In this document: in pieces, positions 9,838 through 19,768 of the stretch
Layout of the letters: each line of letters opens with the position of its first letter
Position numbering within the stretch: position 1 is the first letter of the stretch
NCBI GenBank assembly: GCA_030054035.1
Contig: JASGCS010000001.1
Coordinates: forward strand, 270,280 to 334,279
Direction of reading: 5' to 3'
DNA length: 64,000 nucleotides
From: Candidatus Methylacidiphilales bacterium
GTDB lineage: Bacteria > Pseudomonadota > Gammaproteobacteria > JASGCS01
Notes under the pieces: model-generated
What the model was told of the DNA's origin: nothing
The model's input: only the letters and a program-made list of their open reading frames with translations
Database searches by the model: none
Made by a program: the position numbers and the translations under genes

Positions 9838-10632
9838 TTGATACGAGTTGGAGTTTTTGATTCAGGAATAGGCGGTCTGTCAGTGGTGCAATATTTGCTT
9901 AGTGGTGAGGATTCACTCCATATTGAATACTATGCAGATTCAAAACACATTCCATACGGTGATAAGTCACCTGAATTCATTAAAGATCGAAGTGAGAAAA
10001 TTTGTAGCTTTCTATATTCAAAACATGTTGAATGTATTATTGTAGCGTGCAACACCGCTACTGCAATTGCTATTGATAGTCTTCGCAACAGGTTTAAACT
10101 TCGATTTATTGGGATAGAGCCTGGAATAAAACCAGCATTAAAAAAAACAAAGACGAATGCCATAGCAATTCTTGCCACACATAACACCATACGAAGCGCG
10201 CGATTTAAGAAACTAATCGACGAAAATAACGCTGAACAGAAATACAACTTCTATCTAAGAGCTGGAAATGGGCTAGTTGAGCAGGTTGAAAAATTTCAAT
10301 TAGATGACCTACAGCTCCTCCATGGCCACCTAGATTCTTGCTTAATCAACAATGTAGATACTTTAGTTTTGGGTTGCACTCATTACTCTTACCTTAAAAA
10401 TGAAATTAATAATTATTTGCATTCAAACGGAAAAAAAATTTCTATAATTGATTCTAGTGAAGCAGTAGGTAGGCACGCCATAGGATTGTTAAGCAACTAC
10501 CCACATCAACAACCCAAGAAAAAAGGAATATATTCATTATCACTAAGCACGACGGGAGAAATCGAACCTTTAATTAAAGCATCAGAATATTTAGGGTTAT
10601 TATTCGAGAGCGCCCTCTCCATTGCTGATTAA
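9838..10632 (+). CDS. murI: Glutamate racemase
   Basis: GVFDSGIGGLSV, PYGDKS, VACNTAT, LGCTHY. Confidence 0.96.
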   Translation: MIRVGVFDSGIGGLSVVQYLLSGEDSLHIEYYADSKHIPYGDKSPEFIKDRSEKICSFLYSKHVECIIVACNTATAIAIDSLRNRFKLRFIGIEPGIKPALKKTKTNAIAILATHNTIRSARFKKLIDENNAEQKYNFYLRAGNGLVEQVEKFQLDDLQLLHGHLDSCLINNVDTLVLGCTHYSYLKNEINNYLHSNGKKISIIDSSEAVGRHAIGLLSNYPHQQPKKKGIYSLSLSTTGEIEPLIKASEYLGLLFESALSIAD

Positions 10633-10684
10633 CTAACCCGTAAGGTTAATAAAAACTGACTAAATTTGATATAATAAGCGCTAC

Positions 10685-13249
10685 GTGAAAACCTTTTACA
10701 CAATGTTGCATAAACTCTCTATACTCGTTGCGTTTGTTTTGATTGGGTTTATCGGTTTTAGTAATACCAGTTTTTCTGGTGAAGATGATAGATTTTACGC
10801 TGAAGACTTTCTAATTCTGTACCTAAGTGGAGATGTCTACAATATAGTTTCTAGACAACAGGTCTTTTTTGATATAAAAAACGACGGTCATAAAACCTAC
10901 ATGTATTGGCCAGCCCAAAATGTAGGTATTCTTACATTAGATCTTAATAAAAATGGAATAATTGATAACGGTGGTGAGCTTTTTGGGAGAAATACCAAGG
11001 TTGGAGAGAACTATGCTTCAAGTGGTTTTCAAGCATTATCTCAGTATGACACAAATAAAGACTTTTTAATTGATGAAAAAGATTCAGTTTATCTATCACT
11101 ATATATTTGGATTGACAAAAACAACGATGGGGCATCACAGCCAGAAGAATTGTTTACTTTAAAACAATTGCAGGTCTTAGCTCTAAATCTCGAAAATCAA
11201 GTTGGTAGCATAAAGTATGGGCATGGTAATGAGCAATTAGCAACATCTCCTTTAAAACTAACTGGCTTAAGTTTTAAATACGCAAACGCTGGAAACAGAG
11301 GCAATGAAAGAACTTTCAATTTGATTGATATGAATTTTGGTGTGAATCCTAGGTACAGATCTATTACGAATTCAATAGAAATTAGCGAGGAAGCAAAGCT
11401 AATTCCTAATATTAGTGGCATTGGAAGAATTAGAGATTTAAGGGAGCTTGCGACAATTGATAATTCATTTATACCTATAATCAACACCATAATCAAAGAA
11501 ACCAATGAAGAACAGAGAGAGGTATTAATTAGTCAATTTTTTGATAAACTAATCCAGACCTCTGACAAGCAATCACTTTTAGAACAGGTTTCTGCGTTGC
11601 AGGGTAAAGGATTTAAAGCCTCTCTAGAGTACGCAATCACTTCTGTTGCTCCACAAACTCCAGAATATGAACTTTTTCTAAAAAAAATACAGGCTATTGA
11701 GAAAATATTTGGTTACACTTTTAAAGGAGCAATTGGTCAGGTCTCCATCACTTCTCTTGAGGAAAAAGACCAGTCATTAGTAATACAAGTTCGTCCAGAT
11801 TTCTTATTAGAAGTAAATAAAACTTACAGCACACTTCAAAAGAGCATTGAGGAATCAATAGATTTACAAACAAAATATTTTGCTTTCGCGAGCGCATTTG
11901 AAGAAGACTTACAAGCAGAAGTCATTAATTTTAAGAAATTTGAGAATTTATTATCCTTACAAACCAGAGGATTTGACCCGAAAGGGTTTATTACCATAGT
12001 TGATTTTATACTAGGATCTTTGAACTATTTAACTAAGCATAGTTGGAATGGTTTTGAATTTTTAAATAAAGAATTTAGTTTTGATAGAGAATTCAACGAT
12101 CCATACATAAAAAGCATGAGTGATTGGATGGTTTTACTAGCAAGTTTTCGCGATACTAAAATATTAGGAAGTAAATCACAGGCTAATTTTTTAGTTGGCC
12201 CTGCTAAAGGTAGCGCTACAATTTACGGAGGTGGGTTTTCTGATGTGATTTTTGGCAGAGGGGTTAATAATGTGGTTTACGGCGCTGACCCATTAAATGA
12301 GACATGTAACTCAACTCTTGATGAAACTGATGATGATTTGTTTTATGGTGGTAACGGCGGAAATACTTTTTATGGAGGTAGTGGTAACGATGTGGTTATA
12401 GCTGGCACTGGCACTGATCTTATAGATGGTGGTTGTGGTAATGATATGCTACTTGGTGGTGAAGGTGATGATCTAATTTCTGGTGGTACTGGCAATGATC
12501 GGTTGATCAGTGGACCAGGTGATGACCGATTAGATGGCGGAGCTGGAAAAGATTTCCTAGAAGGTGGTGAGGGTAACGACGTGTACTTATTTGGAAGAGG
12601 TTCTGGTATGGATCATATTTATAATTACCACAAAATCAAAAGTACTGACACTATTGAAATCGCACAGACTCTGAGTTTTAGTGAGGCAAAGCTTACAAGA
12701 GCGATGGACGATTTAGTAATATCATTTTCACAATCAAATGATAAGTTAATTGTTGATGGCTTTTTTAGAAAAGGCTCGGAAGGACTTGGGGATAAAATAT
12801 TATTTCCATATTCAGTTGAGTATGTATATTTTTTAGCTGATAAAAAGAAGATTGATTTTCAAAATATTGTAAGTATTATTAAATCAAATGAACTAATTGA
12901 TAAAAACTCGCAAGTAAACATTTTAAAACAGGGCTTAAAGCTTGAGCAAGAAAGAGAACTCGCAGACCGCAATGCAAAAGCTGCTGCAGCCGCTCAAGCT
13001 GAACTCAACCAAAGTTTAAGCGACTCTGAGAAACAAGCCGAACGAGAAAGAAGTCTAGACTCCGACGCTCGCTCAAAAGAACTAGAAGAAATCAGTAGAT
13101 CTGATCAGGAAAAAACCGTATTGTTTAATACCGATATTAAAAATCCTGATATTAAAAAAGAAGATCCCGCAGTAAAAAAACCTAGCAAGAAAAAAGTATC
13201 TAAAGTAAAGCCAAAAGAAACTACCAAGCCAAAAGAAACCGCAAAGTAG
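10685..13249 (+). CDS. Calcium-binding RTX-repeat protein with FrpC-like self-processing-module homology and an N-terminal signal peptide
   Basis: DLNKNGIIDNGGELFG..GFQALSQYDTNKD..IWIDKNNDG..ELFTL (FrpC SPM-like). GGxGxDxL nonapeptides at about 12340-12600, hemolysin-related DLVIS..DKLIVDGFF segment, Lys-rich tail. Confidence 0.85.
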   Translation: MKTFYTMLHKLSILVAFVLIGFIGFSNTSFSGEDDRFYAEDFLILYLSGDVYNIVSRQQVFFDIKNDGHKTYMYWPAQNVGILTLDLNKNGIIDNGGELFGRNTKVGENYASSGFQALSQYDTNKDFLIDEKDSVYLSLYIWIDKNNDGASQPEELFTLKQLQVLALNLENQVGSIKYGHGNEQLATSPLKLTGLSFKYANAGNRGNERTFNLIDMNFGVNPRYRSITNSIEISEEAKLIPNISGIGRIRDLRELATIDNSFIPIINTIIKETNEEQREVLISQFFDKLIQTSDKQSLLEQVSALQGKGFKASLEYAITSVAPQTPEYELFLKKIQAIEKIFGYTFKGAIGQVSITSLEEKDQSLVIQVRPDFLLEVNKTYSTLQKSIEESIDLQTKYFAFASAFEEDLQAEVINFKKFENLLSLQTRGFDPKGFITIVDFILGSLNYLTKHSWNGFEFLNKEFSFDREFNDPYIKSMSDWMVLLASFRDTKILGSKSQANFLVGPAKGSATIYGGGFSDVIFGRGVNNVVYGADPLNETCNSTLDETDDDLFYGGNGGNTFYGGSGNDVVIAGTGTDLIDGGCGNDMLLGGEGDDLISGGTGNDRLISGPGDDRLDGGAGKDFLEGGEGNDVYLFGRGSGMDHIYNYHKIKSTDTIEIAQTLSFSEAKLTRAMDDLVISFSQSNDKLIVDGFFRKGSEGLGDKILFPYSVEYVYFLADKKKIDFQNIVSIIKSNELIDKNSQVNILKQGLKLEQERELADRNAKAAAAAQAELNQSLSDSEKQAERERSLDSDARSKELEEISRSDQEKTVLFNTDIKNPDIKKEDPAVKKPSKKKVSKVKPKETTKPKETAK

Positions 13250-13267
13250 CGTTCAAAATATTATTTA

Positions 13268-15178
13268 TCAGTCGGTATTTTGTATTGCCCTTATTCGAAT
13301 TATATTTTTATCTTTAAATTCTTTACTACATTGAACACACCTTTCTTTAACGACCAGTCTAAATTCTTTTTCCTGTGCTAAAAGGTAAGCTCTGATGGGT
13401 TCAATGGTCAAATATGTGGTAAAACCACGCAATAAACTCCCTAAAAATTGCTCTGGCTTATCAAATTGATTCCAATGATTGATTATAGCTAATCCAAGCA
13501 TTTGTCTGATTTTTGAGTCAATTTGAATAATCGTCTCTTCTTCATTTTCTGGTATGAGAAATTTTTCAAATTGCTCAAATTTATCCCTAAATGGTAATAT
13601 TGGGTTTGAGATCGCATAAGAAAAATATTGGGCGTACGCAGAAGCAATCAATGTTCTAATTGAGGTGTTTTTTGAGGTCATAAAATTGGAAAGGCTGGAA
13701 AGCGTATAATTAAGCAACACTGTATTATTTTGTGATACAGCCAATTTTACAACCTGCGATCTAATTCTAACACTTTCTAAAATATAATTTTCTTCATTCT
13801 TAAACTCTTGATCAAAAACGCTTTGTTCTTTTAGTAAATCAGTGATGACTGCTCCATCTCCGGAATTAGCTAGGTGTTTTTGTAATAAAGCAATTCTTAA
13901 ACTCAACTCACTTCCAGCGAACTCTGCATTTTTAGTTGTAGTTCTAAGCTCTTTAATTTTATTAAGTAGCATTTTTGGAATACTTAGGTCTTTTTGATGG
14001 TCTAAAGATGTCATTGCTAATTTGTAGATTGTTTGTGCGTGTAGTGGAGCCAACTCACGAACAAGGTCTGTTTTAGAAAGAACTTCCGTAAGGATTTTTT
14101 CAATGAATTGTTTATTTTCTTCTTGCCAACGAATCACTTCTTTATCAATGACCGGTTCCACATCAATTGCAGTAAATTCCGAAATCAGTATTGTATAAAT
14201 TGTGAAGGTGTCAATCAAACACTGTGTATTGTCTGAAATGCAATTCATAGATTTTTGAATTGATGATTGTAATTTCTGATACACATCACTCTTGAATTTT
14301 CTAGTTTCAGGAGTGCTGTTACTTATCACTGACAACATTAATGAGGTGGCTCTAAGTGGTAGTTGCTGATAGGATGAGTCTTGGGTTAAAGAAATTATCC
14401 TATCATAATTGTCTTTAATTGTTCTTGGTATCATGAAAATAGAATCATATTTTTTACCACTACTAGTGACATAATAATTAATCATGGTAAGTGAAGAACT
14501 TAGCGCGATTTTCTTTAAATAATGGTCAGCTGGAAAATTTTCATAGCGATTTATAATATTGTTATGGTATTTAGATAAGTTATTGTATTGCTGATTACTG
14601 ATATTAGTTTGAATAATAGAAAATTCGATAAAAGTTAACAGATCCGCATATCCCTTTTGCCATTCGAGCACATCTTCATCTTCGCTTTCAAGAATTAATT
14701 TTTTATAAATAATATCAGATTGATAAACATATTTACTTTCAAGTAAATATGCAATAAATTGTGCTTTGACACATGCAAGTAAAAATTTGAACTTAGGTTC
14801 ATGAGTAAATCTTTTTTTAAACTCATTGCCAAAATCAATATAGTTTCTAATTGAATTAAGATCGGTCATACCATCTTGTTGCACTTGATAGGCTTGGGCA
14901 ATAAAAATAAATTTTGTCAGAGAGTAATAAAATTGTAACGCTTTATCAGCATCCATTGTTGCAAAAGACTTCGACTGCAGTTGGGGAGATATCGTTTGAA
15001 ATAATTCCTTTAAATACTTGGACACATCGTTACTATTACGGGTTTTTAATTCGTCAATAAGGTCTTGAAAATCGGTCACAATCTCATTGGGGTTGATAAT
15101 AATACTATCACTCGCATTTACAGATATACTCAACTGAGCAATAACGCAGAAAAAGAAAGTGAATAAAAATTTGATCAT
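13268..15178 (-). CDS. Hypothetical exported protein (probably alpha-helical)
   Basis: 636-aa ORF with signal-peptide-like N-terminus (..VNA-SD); no motif recognised. Confidence 0.7.
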   Translation of the reverse strand: MIKFLFTFFFCVIAQLSISVNASDSIIINPNEIVTDFQDLIDELKTRNSNDVSKYLKELFQTISPQLQSKSFATMDADKALQFYYSLTKFIFIAQAYQVQQDGMTDLNSIRNYIDFGNEFKKRFTHEPKFKFLLACVKAQFIAYLLESKYVYQSDIIYKKLILESEDEDVLEWQKGYADLLTFIEFSIIQTNISNQQYNNLSKYHNNIINRYENFPADHYLKKIALSSSLTMINYYVTSSGKKYDSIFMIPRTIKDNYDRIISLTQDSSYQQLPLRATSLMLSVISNSTPETRKFKSDVYQKLQSSIQKSMNCISDNTQCLIDTFTIYTILISEFTAIDVEPVIDKEVIRWQEENKQFIEKILTEVLSKTDLVRELAPLHAQTIYKLAMTSLDHQKDLSIPKMLLNKIKELRTTTKNAEFAGSELSLRIALLQKHLANSGDGAVITDLLKEQSVFDQEFKNEENYILESVRIRSQVVKLAVSQNNTVLLNYTLSSLSNFMTSKNTSIRTLIASAYAQYFSYAISNPILPFRDKFEQFEKFLIPENEEETIIQIDSKIRQMLGLAIINHWNQFDKPEQFLGSLLRGFTTYLTIEPIRAYLLAQEKEFRLVVKERCVQCSKEFKDKNIIRIRAIQNTD

Positions 15179-15189
15179 GTCTTAATGAA

Positions 15190-15537
15190 CTATAACAGGA
15201 ATATATTTAAGAACAAATGAGCAAGGTATCCAATAACCACTCCTACTAAAAACATACCTGCAAAAATAAACTTTGTGAATCTTAACGTAGTAGCAGCGTT
15301 AGTGGTGTCGTCGAGTGGTGCGGTTGGAAATTGGATCAGCAGTAGTGTTAAAGCAAGTAAAAATAAGGGGTTTCCCAATCCATATTCAAAAACTATTAGA
15401 CCTAAAACATAACTCGTAAGAACTATTTTAGCAATAAAACTTAGATATTTTATTTTTTTTGGAAAATAGTACCCTAATATAGTTCCGGTGAGAAAAAGTA
15501 GCAGTGGGACAAAAACAAAATATATTAAATGCGCCAT
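15190..15537 (-). CDS. Hypothetical membrane protein
   Basis: 115 aa, about 4 hydrophobic segments, start overlaps the dgkA stop. Confidence 0.65.
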   Translation of the reverse strand: MAHLIYFVFVPLLLFLTGTILGYYFPKKIKYLSFIAKIVLTSYVLGLIVFEYGLGNPLFLLALTLLLIQFPTAPLDDTTNAATTLRFTKFIFAGMFLVGVVIGYLAHLFLNIFLL

Positions 15538-15902
15538 TAACGAACAAGTAGTTGATACATGGCAATTACCCAGAAGGTCAGCGCAAGAAGTAATGCAATA
15601 AAGACTGCGGCTGAGGCCATATCTTTAACTTTTTTAGAAAGCTCATTAAAATCTAGACTGATTCTATCAATAGTTTTCTCAACCGCTGTGTTTAGCAACT
15701 CCACAATCAACAATAAGGTATGCGAGAATAAAATAAACAGTTTTAATTCAATTGATATCGGCAAAAAAATAAGTAGGCTAATCGCAATAACAAACAGAAC
15801 TATTTGTTGTACAAAGGCCATATCATCTAATGCGAAACGTAATCCCCGAATTGATTGTTTACTTGCAGGTATTAATCGTAGAAAAAAATTAAAAAAATTC
15901 AT
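15537..15902 (-). CDS. dgkA: Diacylglycerol kinase
   Basis: VELLNTAVEKTIDRIS...KKVKDMASAAV. Confidence 0.92.
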   Translation of the reverse strand: MNFFNFFLRLIPASKQSIRGLRFALDDMAFVQQIVLFVIAISLLIFLPISIELKLFILFSHTLLLIVELLNTAVEKTIDRISLDFNELSKKVKDMASAAVFIALLLALTFWVIAMYQLLVR

Positions 15903-15960
15903 GTTGGCTTTATTAAGTATTCTATATTTTACCGTAAAATCTTGATATATAATAAGCAGC

Positions 15961-16791
15961 GTGAGTACAGGAAATACATTATTAATTATTGATCCTCAAA
16001 TCGATTTTTGCGATATCCCCCCACAATCTATAGGTGGATGGCAACCTAAACTTGAAATTAAGGGCGCGAATCAATGTATGCTTACACTAGCAAAATATAT
16101 AAAAAATAACCTAACTTTGTTTGATTCAATATATATTAGTCTCGACACTCATCAATATATCGATATCTCACATACTGTTTTTTGGCAAGACGCTGACGGT
16201 GTCACGCCGCCTCCGTTTACTCTGGTGACTTACCAAGATCTTCAGAAAGGAAAATATTTACCTAAAATGGAAAAATTTACATCTATTGCAGCCTCCTATT
16301 TGCAGGCTCTTGAATTAAAAAACAAATATATGCATACGCTTTGGCCTCCCCATGCGTTAATTGGTAGTGTTGGGAATTGCGTTCACCCCGAACTCCATAG
16401 CTCAATCTTGTGTTGGGAATTGTCAATGCAAAAAAATGCTCATTACATTCAAAAAGGATTACATCCCTTTACAGAACATTTCAGTGTGTTTTGTTCTGAG
16501 GTGCCCGATCCAACAGTTCCAGAAACAATGCACAATGAGTTTTTATTAAATAAAATCTCAAATTGCAACAAGTTGTTCGTGGCCGGATTAGCGAGTAGTC
16601 ACTGTTTGAAATCATCAGTAGAAGACCTGCAAGAATATTTTTTTACTCACAAACAAATTACCTGTGAAAAAATCCTCCTTAGCGACACGACCTGCCCTGT
16701 TGCTGGATTTGAAGAGTTAGAAAAACAACTATACAGCTTTTTAAAAGACAAGAATTGGCAGCTTGCTCGATGTGACTCACTAGTGGCCTAA
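15961..16791 (+). CDS. pncA: Nicotinamidase (cysteine hydrolase)
   Basis: IIDPQIDF, LDTH, WPPH, QKG, GLASSHC; adjacent to pncB. Confidence 0.85.
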   Translation: MSTGNTLLIIDPQIDFCDIPPQSIGGWQPKLEIKGANQCMLTLAKYIKNNLTLFDSIYISLDTHQYIDISHTVFWQDADGVTPPPFTLVTYQDLQKGKYLPKMEKFTSIAASYLQALELKNKYMHTLWPPHALIGSVGNCVHPELHSSILCWELSMQKNAHYIQKGLHPFTEHFSVFCSEVPDPTVPETMHNEFLLNKISNCNKLFVAGLASSHCLKSSVEDLQEYFFTHKQITCEKILLSDTTCPVAGFEELEKQLYSFLKDKNWQLARCDSLVA

Positions 16792-16803
16792 CGGATATTA
16801 TTA

Positions 16804-17982
16804 GTGATAATTAACTCACTTCTTGATACTGATTTATATAAAATCACCGTATGGCAAGCAATGCTTCACCACCATCCAGGGGCTTCAGCACGATATGAGT
16901 TTATATGCAGAAACCCACATATCTTCCCGCTTAAAACTCTTGCAAAAGATTTGGAAAAAGAAGTTGAGCATTTAACTGAGCTGTCTTTTAGTGAAGATGA
17001 ATTGCAGTACCTTAGGACTATTCCTTATTTTAAAGAAGATTTTATAAATTTTCTTAAAATTTTCAGATTACAAAAGGATTTTGTCACAATACAAACTCAA
17101 GATGACAATTTACAAATTACCATTGAAGGTCCGCAAGTGCATATTACAATATTTGAAATCTATTTACTTGCAATAATTTCCGAACTCTATAATAAGAGAG
17201 TATCTAGAAGAGACGATATAATTGAAGGAAGAAAGCGGTTGCGTGCTAAAATTGAAAAAGTAAAGGCTTTTTTTAACAACACAAAGCCAACACAATTTCC
17301 ATTTGAATTTTTTGATTTTGGCACAAGAAGAAGATACAGTCTTGAATGGCAATATGAGGTCGTCAACACACTTCATAAAGAAATACCCAATCATTTCAGA
17401 GGAACATCTTCATTGTATCTATCTAAATTATGCTCCATTCACCCAATTGGCACCTTATCTCACGAATATTTTCAATCTCACCAAGCATATGGAGTTCAAC
17501 TCAGACAATTTCAAAAAACCGCAATGGAGGAATGGGTCCAAGAATACAGAGGAGATCTAGGCATAGCTCTAACCGATACTATTGGAATTGATGCTTTTAT
17601 TAGAGACTTTGATCTTTATTTTGCAAAACTATTTGATGGATTGAGACATGACTCTGGGGATCCAATAAACTGGGGGGAGAAATGCATTGCGCATTACCTC
17701 ACGCTAGGTATTGAGCCTAGTACCAAAAAACTTGTTTTTTCGGACAACTTAAACATTGACAAAGCTTTAGCGATCCACACCCAATTCTCAAATAGAATTA
17801 AATGCGGATTCGGTATCGGAACTAACCTGACAAATGATGTGGGAATAGAAGCACTAAATATTGTAATTAAAAATATTTACTGCAATGGACAACCGACCGG
17901 TAAAATCAGCGATGATCCAAACAAAACCATTTGCCCAGATCAATCTTATTTAGAATACCTAAAAAAAGTATTCAGTAAATAA
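16804..17982 (+). CDS. pncB: Nicotinate phosphoribosyltransferase
   Basis: SLLDTDLYK, DFGTRRR, GTLSHEY, DGLRHDSGDP, FGIGTNLTND. Confidence 0.96.
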   Translation: MIINSLLDTDLYKITVWQAMLHHHPGASARYEFICRNPHIFPLKTLAKDLEKEVEHLTELSFSEDELQYLRTIPYFKEDFINFLKIFRLQKDFVTIQTQDDNLQITIEGPQVHITIFEIYLLAIISELYNKRVSRRDDIIEGRKRLRAKIEKVKAFFNNTKPTQFPFEFFDFGTRRRYSLEWQYEVVNTLHKEIPNHFRGTSSLYLSKLCSIHPIGTLSHEYFQSHQAYGVQLRQFQKTAMEEWVQEYRGDLGIALTDTIGIDAFIRDFDLYFAKLFDGLRHDSGDPINWGEKCIAHYLTLGIEPSTKKLVFSDNLNIDKALAIHTQFSNRIKCGFGIGTNLTNDVGIEALNIVIKNIYCNGQPTGKISDDPNKTICPDQSYLEYLKKVFSK

Positions 17983-17996
17983 TCAAATAGTATTAC

Positions 17997-18018
17997 GGCG
18001 AGAGGTCTACTCTTCGCC
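17997..18018. terminator. Possible bidirectional terminator between convergent pncB and cold-shock gene
   Basis: GGCGAGAG-gtcta-CTCTTCGCC hairpin (one bulge), overlapping the csp stop codon. Confidence 0.35.
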
Positions 18019-18219
18019 TTTAATATTTGTAGCTTGTTTGCCTTTTGGGCCTTGAACTATCTCAAACGTTACTTTTTGTTTTTCACTTAGGCTTTTTCTT
18101 CCATTGCTATCAGTGACTATTGAGCTGTAATGCGCAAATACATCTTCACTTCCATCATCAGGTTTAATAAACCCAAAACCTTTTTTATCATCAAACCACT
18201 TAACTACACCTTTTGACAT
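18007..18219 (-). CDS. Cold-shock domain protein (CspD-like)
   Basis: [34 protein letters not shown]. Confidence 0.95.
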   Translation of the reverse strand: MSKGVVKWFDDKKGFGFIKPDDGSEDVFAHYSSIVTDSNGRKSLSEKQKVTFEIVQGPKGKQATNIKGEE

Positions 18220-18289
18220 ATGATATGCCCCCTAATTTTATTTATTGTAAGTTCTTCGTCATACTGCACGAGGATATATTTTACCATGT

Positions 18290-18883
18290 TTATGCGTTAT
18301 TATTGAAAGAACTGAAAATATTTTTAAAGTGAGTGAAGTACATAAAAATCATCAATAATAGACTACTAAAAATTTCGATTGGCATAGAGCTTTTCATAAT
18401 TAACGCATAGCAAGTAATCATACCTGGAAACAATGTGAATGAAAAAAGCGCTGCTTTATAACTTTTCTTAAATAAAAAATAACCCATAAGCCAAAGTAAT
18501 ATTATCATAAACCCAGCTATAATAGAAATTGCAAAAAGCGCACCTATTGAAGTTGCTACGCCCTTTCCACCCCTAAACAAATGAAAAATTGAAAAACAGT
18601 GTCCTAACACACAACAGGCAGCTGCAGTTATTTGAAGCTCTAGTACATGGTCTAGGTTATTTAAAATTGAAACTAGACTTACTGCCAATAGCCCCTTGCA
18701 AGCGTCTAGCGCTAAACATAGACTAGCTAGCCATTTTCCAGCATATCTGTTAAGGTTGGTTGCTCCAGGATTATTAGAACCAACTGTTCTAGGATCAGGT
18801 AGTGAAAATAGCCTGGATATAATAATTGCAAAATTTAATGAGCCAACTACATAAGACACCATAAAAAGCAATAAGAAGCTCAC
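18290..18883 (-). CDS. plsY: Glycerol-3-phosphate acyltransferase PlsY
   Basis: YVVGS, DPRTVGSNNPGATN, DACKG, LGHCFS..FRGGKGVAT. Confidence 0.95.
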   Translation of the reverse strand: MSFLLLFMVSYVVGSLNFAIIISRLFSLPDPRTVGSNNPGATNLNRYAGKWLASLCLALDACKGLLAVSLVSILNNLDHVLELQITAAACCVLGHCFSIFHLFRGGKGVATSIGALFAISIIAGFMIILLWLMGYFLFKKSYKAALFSFTLFPGMITCYALIMKSSMPIEIFSSLLLMIFMYFTHFKNIFSSFNNNA

Positions 18884-18907
18884 AGCGACTTATTTACTTC
18901 TAGTAGG

Positions 18908-18999
18908 TGGCGGAGAGAGAGGGATTCGAACCCTCGATGTGGTTTTAGCCACATACTCCCTTAGCAGGGGAGCGCCTTCGACCACTCGGCCATCTCTCC
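18908..18999 (-). tRNA. tRNA-Ser(GCT)
   Basis: Reverse complement GGAGAGATGGCCGAGTGG...CTCCC-CTGCTAA-GGGAG, long variable arm, GGTTCGAATCC, CCA end; usual position after csrA. Confidence 0.97.
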
Positions 19000-19044
19000 A
19001 ATCCGTCAAAAACATATTACGCCTTTCAATTTTTTATTAACTTT

Positions 19045-19257
19045 TTAATTAGGTTTTATGTTATTAAAATCAATTGGTAATTGATCTCTACTTAAGTCTT
19101 CTTTCTTTTTAATATAGATCTCTTCTCTATCTATTCTACAATGTTTGGGGGCGTCTATTCCTAAAGTAGTTACCTTGCCTTTCCTATTAAGTACCGTAAC
19201 AGTTATCTCATCATTAATAATAATCTTTTGTCCAATTTTTCTTGTAAGAATAATCAT
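19045..19257 (-). CDS. csrA: Carbon storage regulator CsrA
   Basis: MIILTRKIGQKIII...LGIDAPK..IDREEIY; start at ATG 19257. Confidence 0.93.
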   Translation of the reverse strand: MIILTRKIGQKIIINDEITVTVLNRKGKVTTLGIDAPKHCRIDREEIYIKKKEDLSRDQLPIDFNNIKPN

Positions 19258-19258
19258 A

Positions 19259-19768
19259 TTATTTCTCGGCACAAAAAGCATCATGAAGGGCTCTTACCGC
19301 GAGCTCTAGATAATCTTCATGGATTAATACTGATATTTTAATTTCAGAAGTCGCAATACTCATTATATTAATAGATTTATCAGCCAATACCCTGAACATT
19401 TTACTCGCTATTCCTGCGTGAGAGCGCATACCAACGCCTACTAATGAAACCTTTGCAACTTTGGTATTTCCTTCTATTGTAGAACATATTTTTTGATCTA
19501 CCAACCCTTCTAATGTCTTCATGGCTTTTTGATAATCTCGTTTATGCACCGTAAAAGTAAAATCGGCTTTTCCTTGTCTGCTTACATTTTGTACAATCAT
19601 ATCAACTTCAATATGATTATCGCTAATTTTTGATAATATCATTGCCGCGCTACCCGGCTTATCATTTATGTCACAGATGGTAATCTGCGCTTCATCTTTT
19701 TCATGGGCAATACCTGCAATGGACACATGCTCTAGTTGTTTATTGGCACTCTGCTCTTGTTTTTTCAT
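19259..19768 (-). CDS. Putative nested aspartate kinase beta subunit (in-frame internal start)
   Basis: AAGGAG-accgt-ATG at codon 251 of lysC, just before the ACT domains. Confidence 0.55.
   Translation of the reverse strand: MKKQEQSANKQLEHVSIAGIAHEKDEAQITICDINDKPGSAAMILSKISDNHIEVDMIVQNVSRQGKADFTFTVHKRDYQKAMKTLEGLVDQKICSTIEGNTKVAKVSLVGVGMRSHAGIASKMFRVLADKSINIMSIATSEIKISVLIHEDYLELAVRALHDAFCAEK

Noticed and set aside
13205-13246. Short tandem repeats (KPKET x2; also NGT repeats near 57135 and PQNQ x2 near 61075)
   Set aside because: Two or three in-frame copies in low-complexity linkers; no sign of phase variation.
18908-18999. tRNA genes as integration sites (also tRNA-Asn 34266-34341)
   Set aside because: Flanked by housekeeping genes; no integrase or duplicated tRNA 3' end seen.
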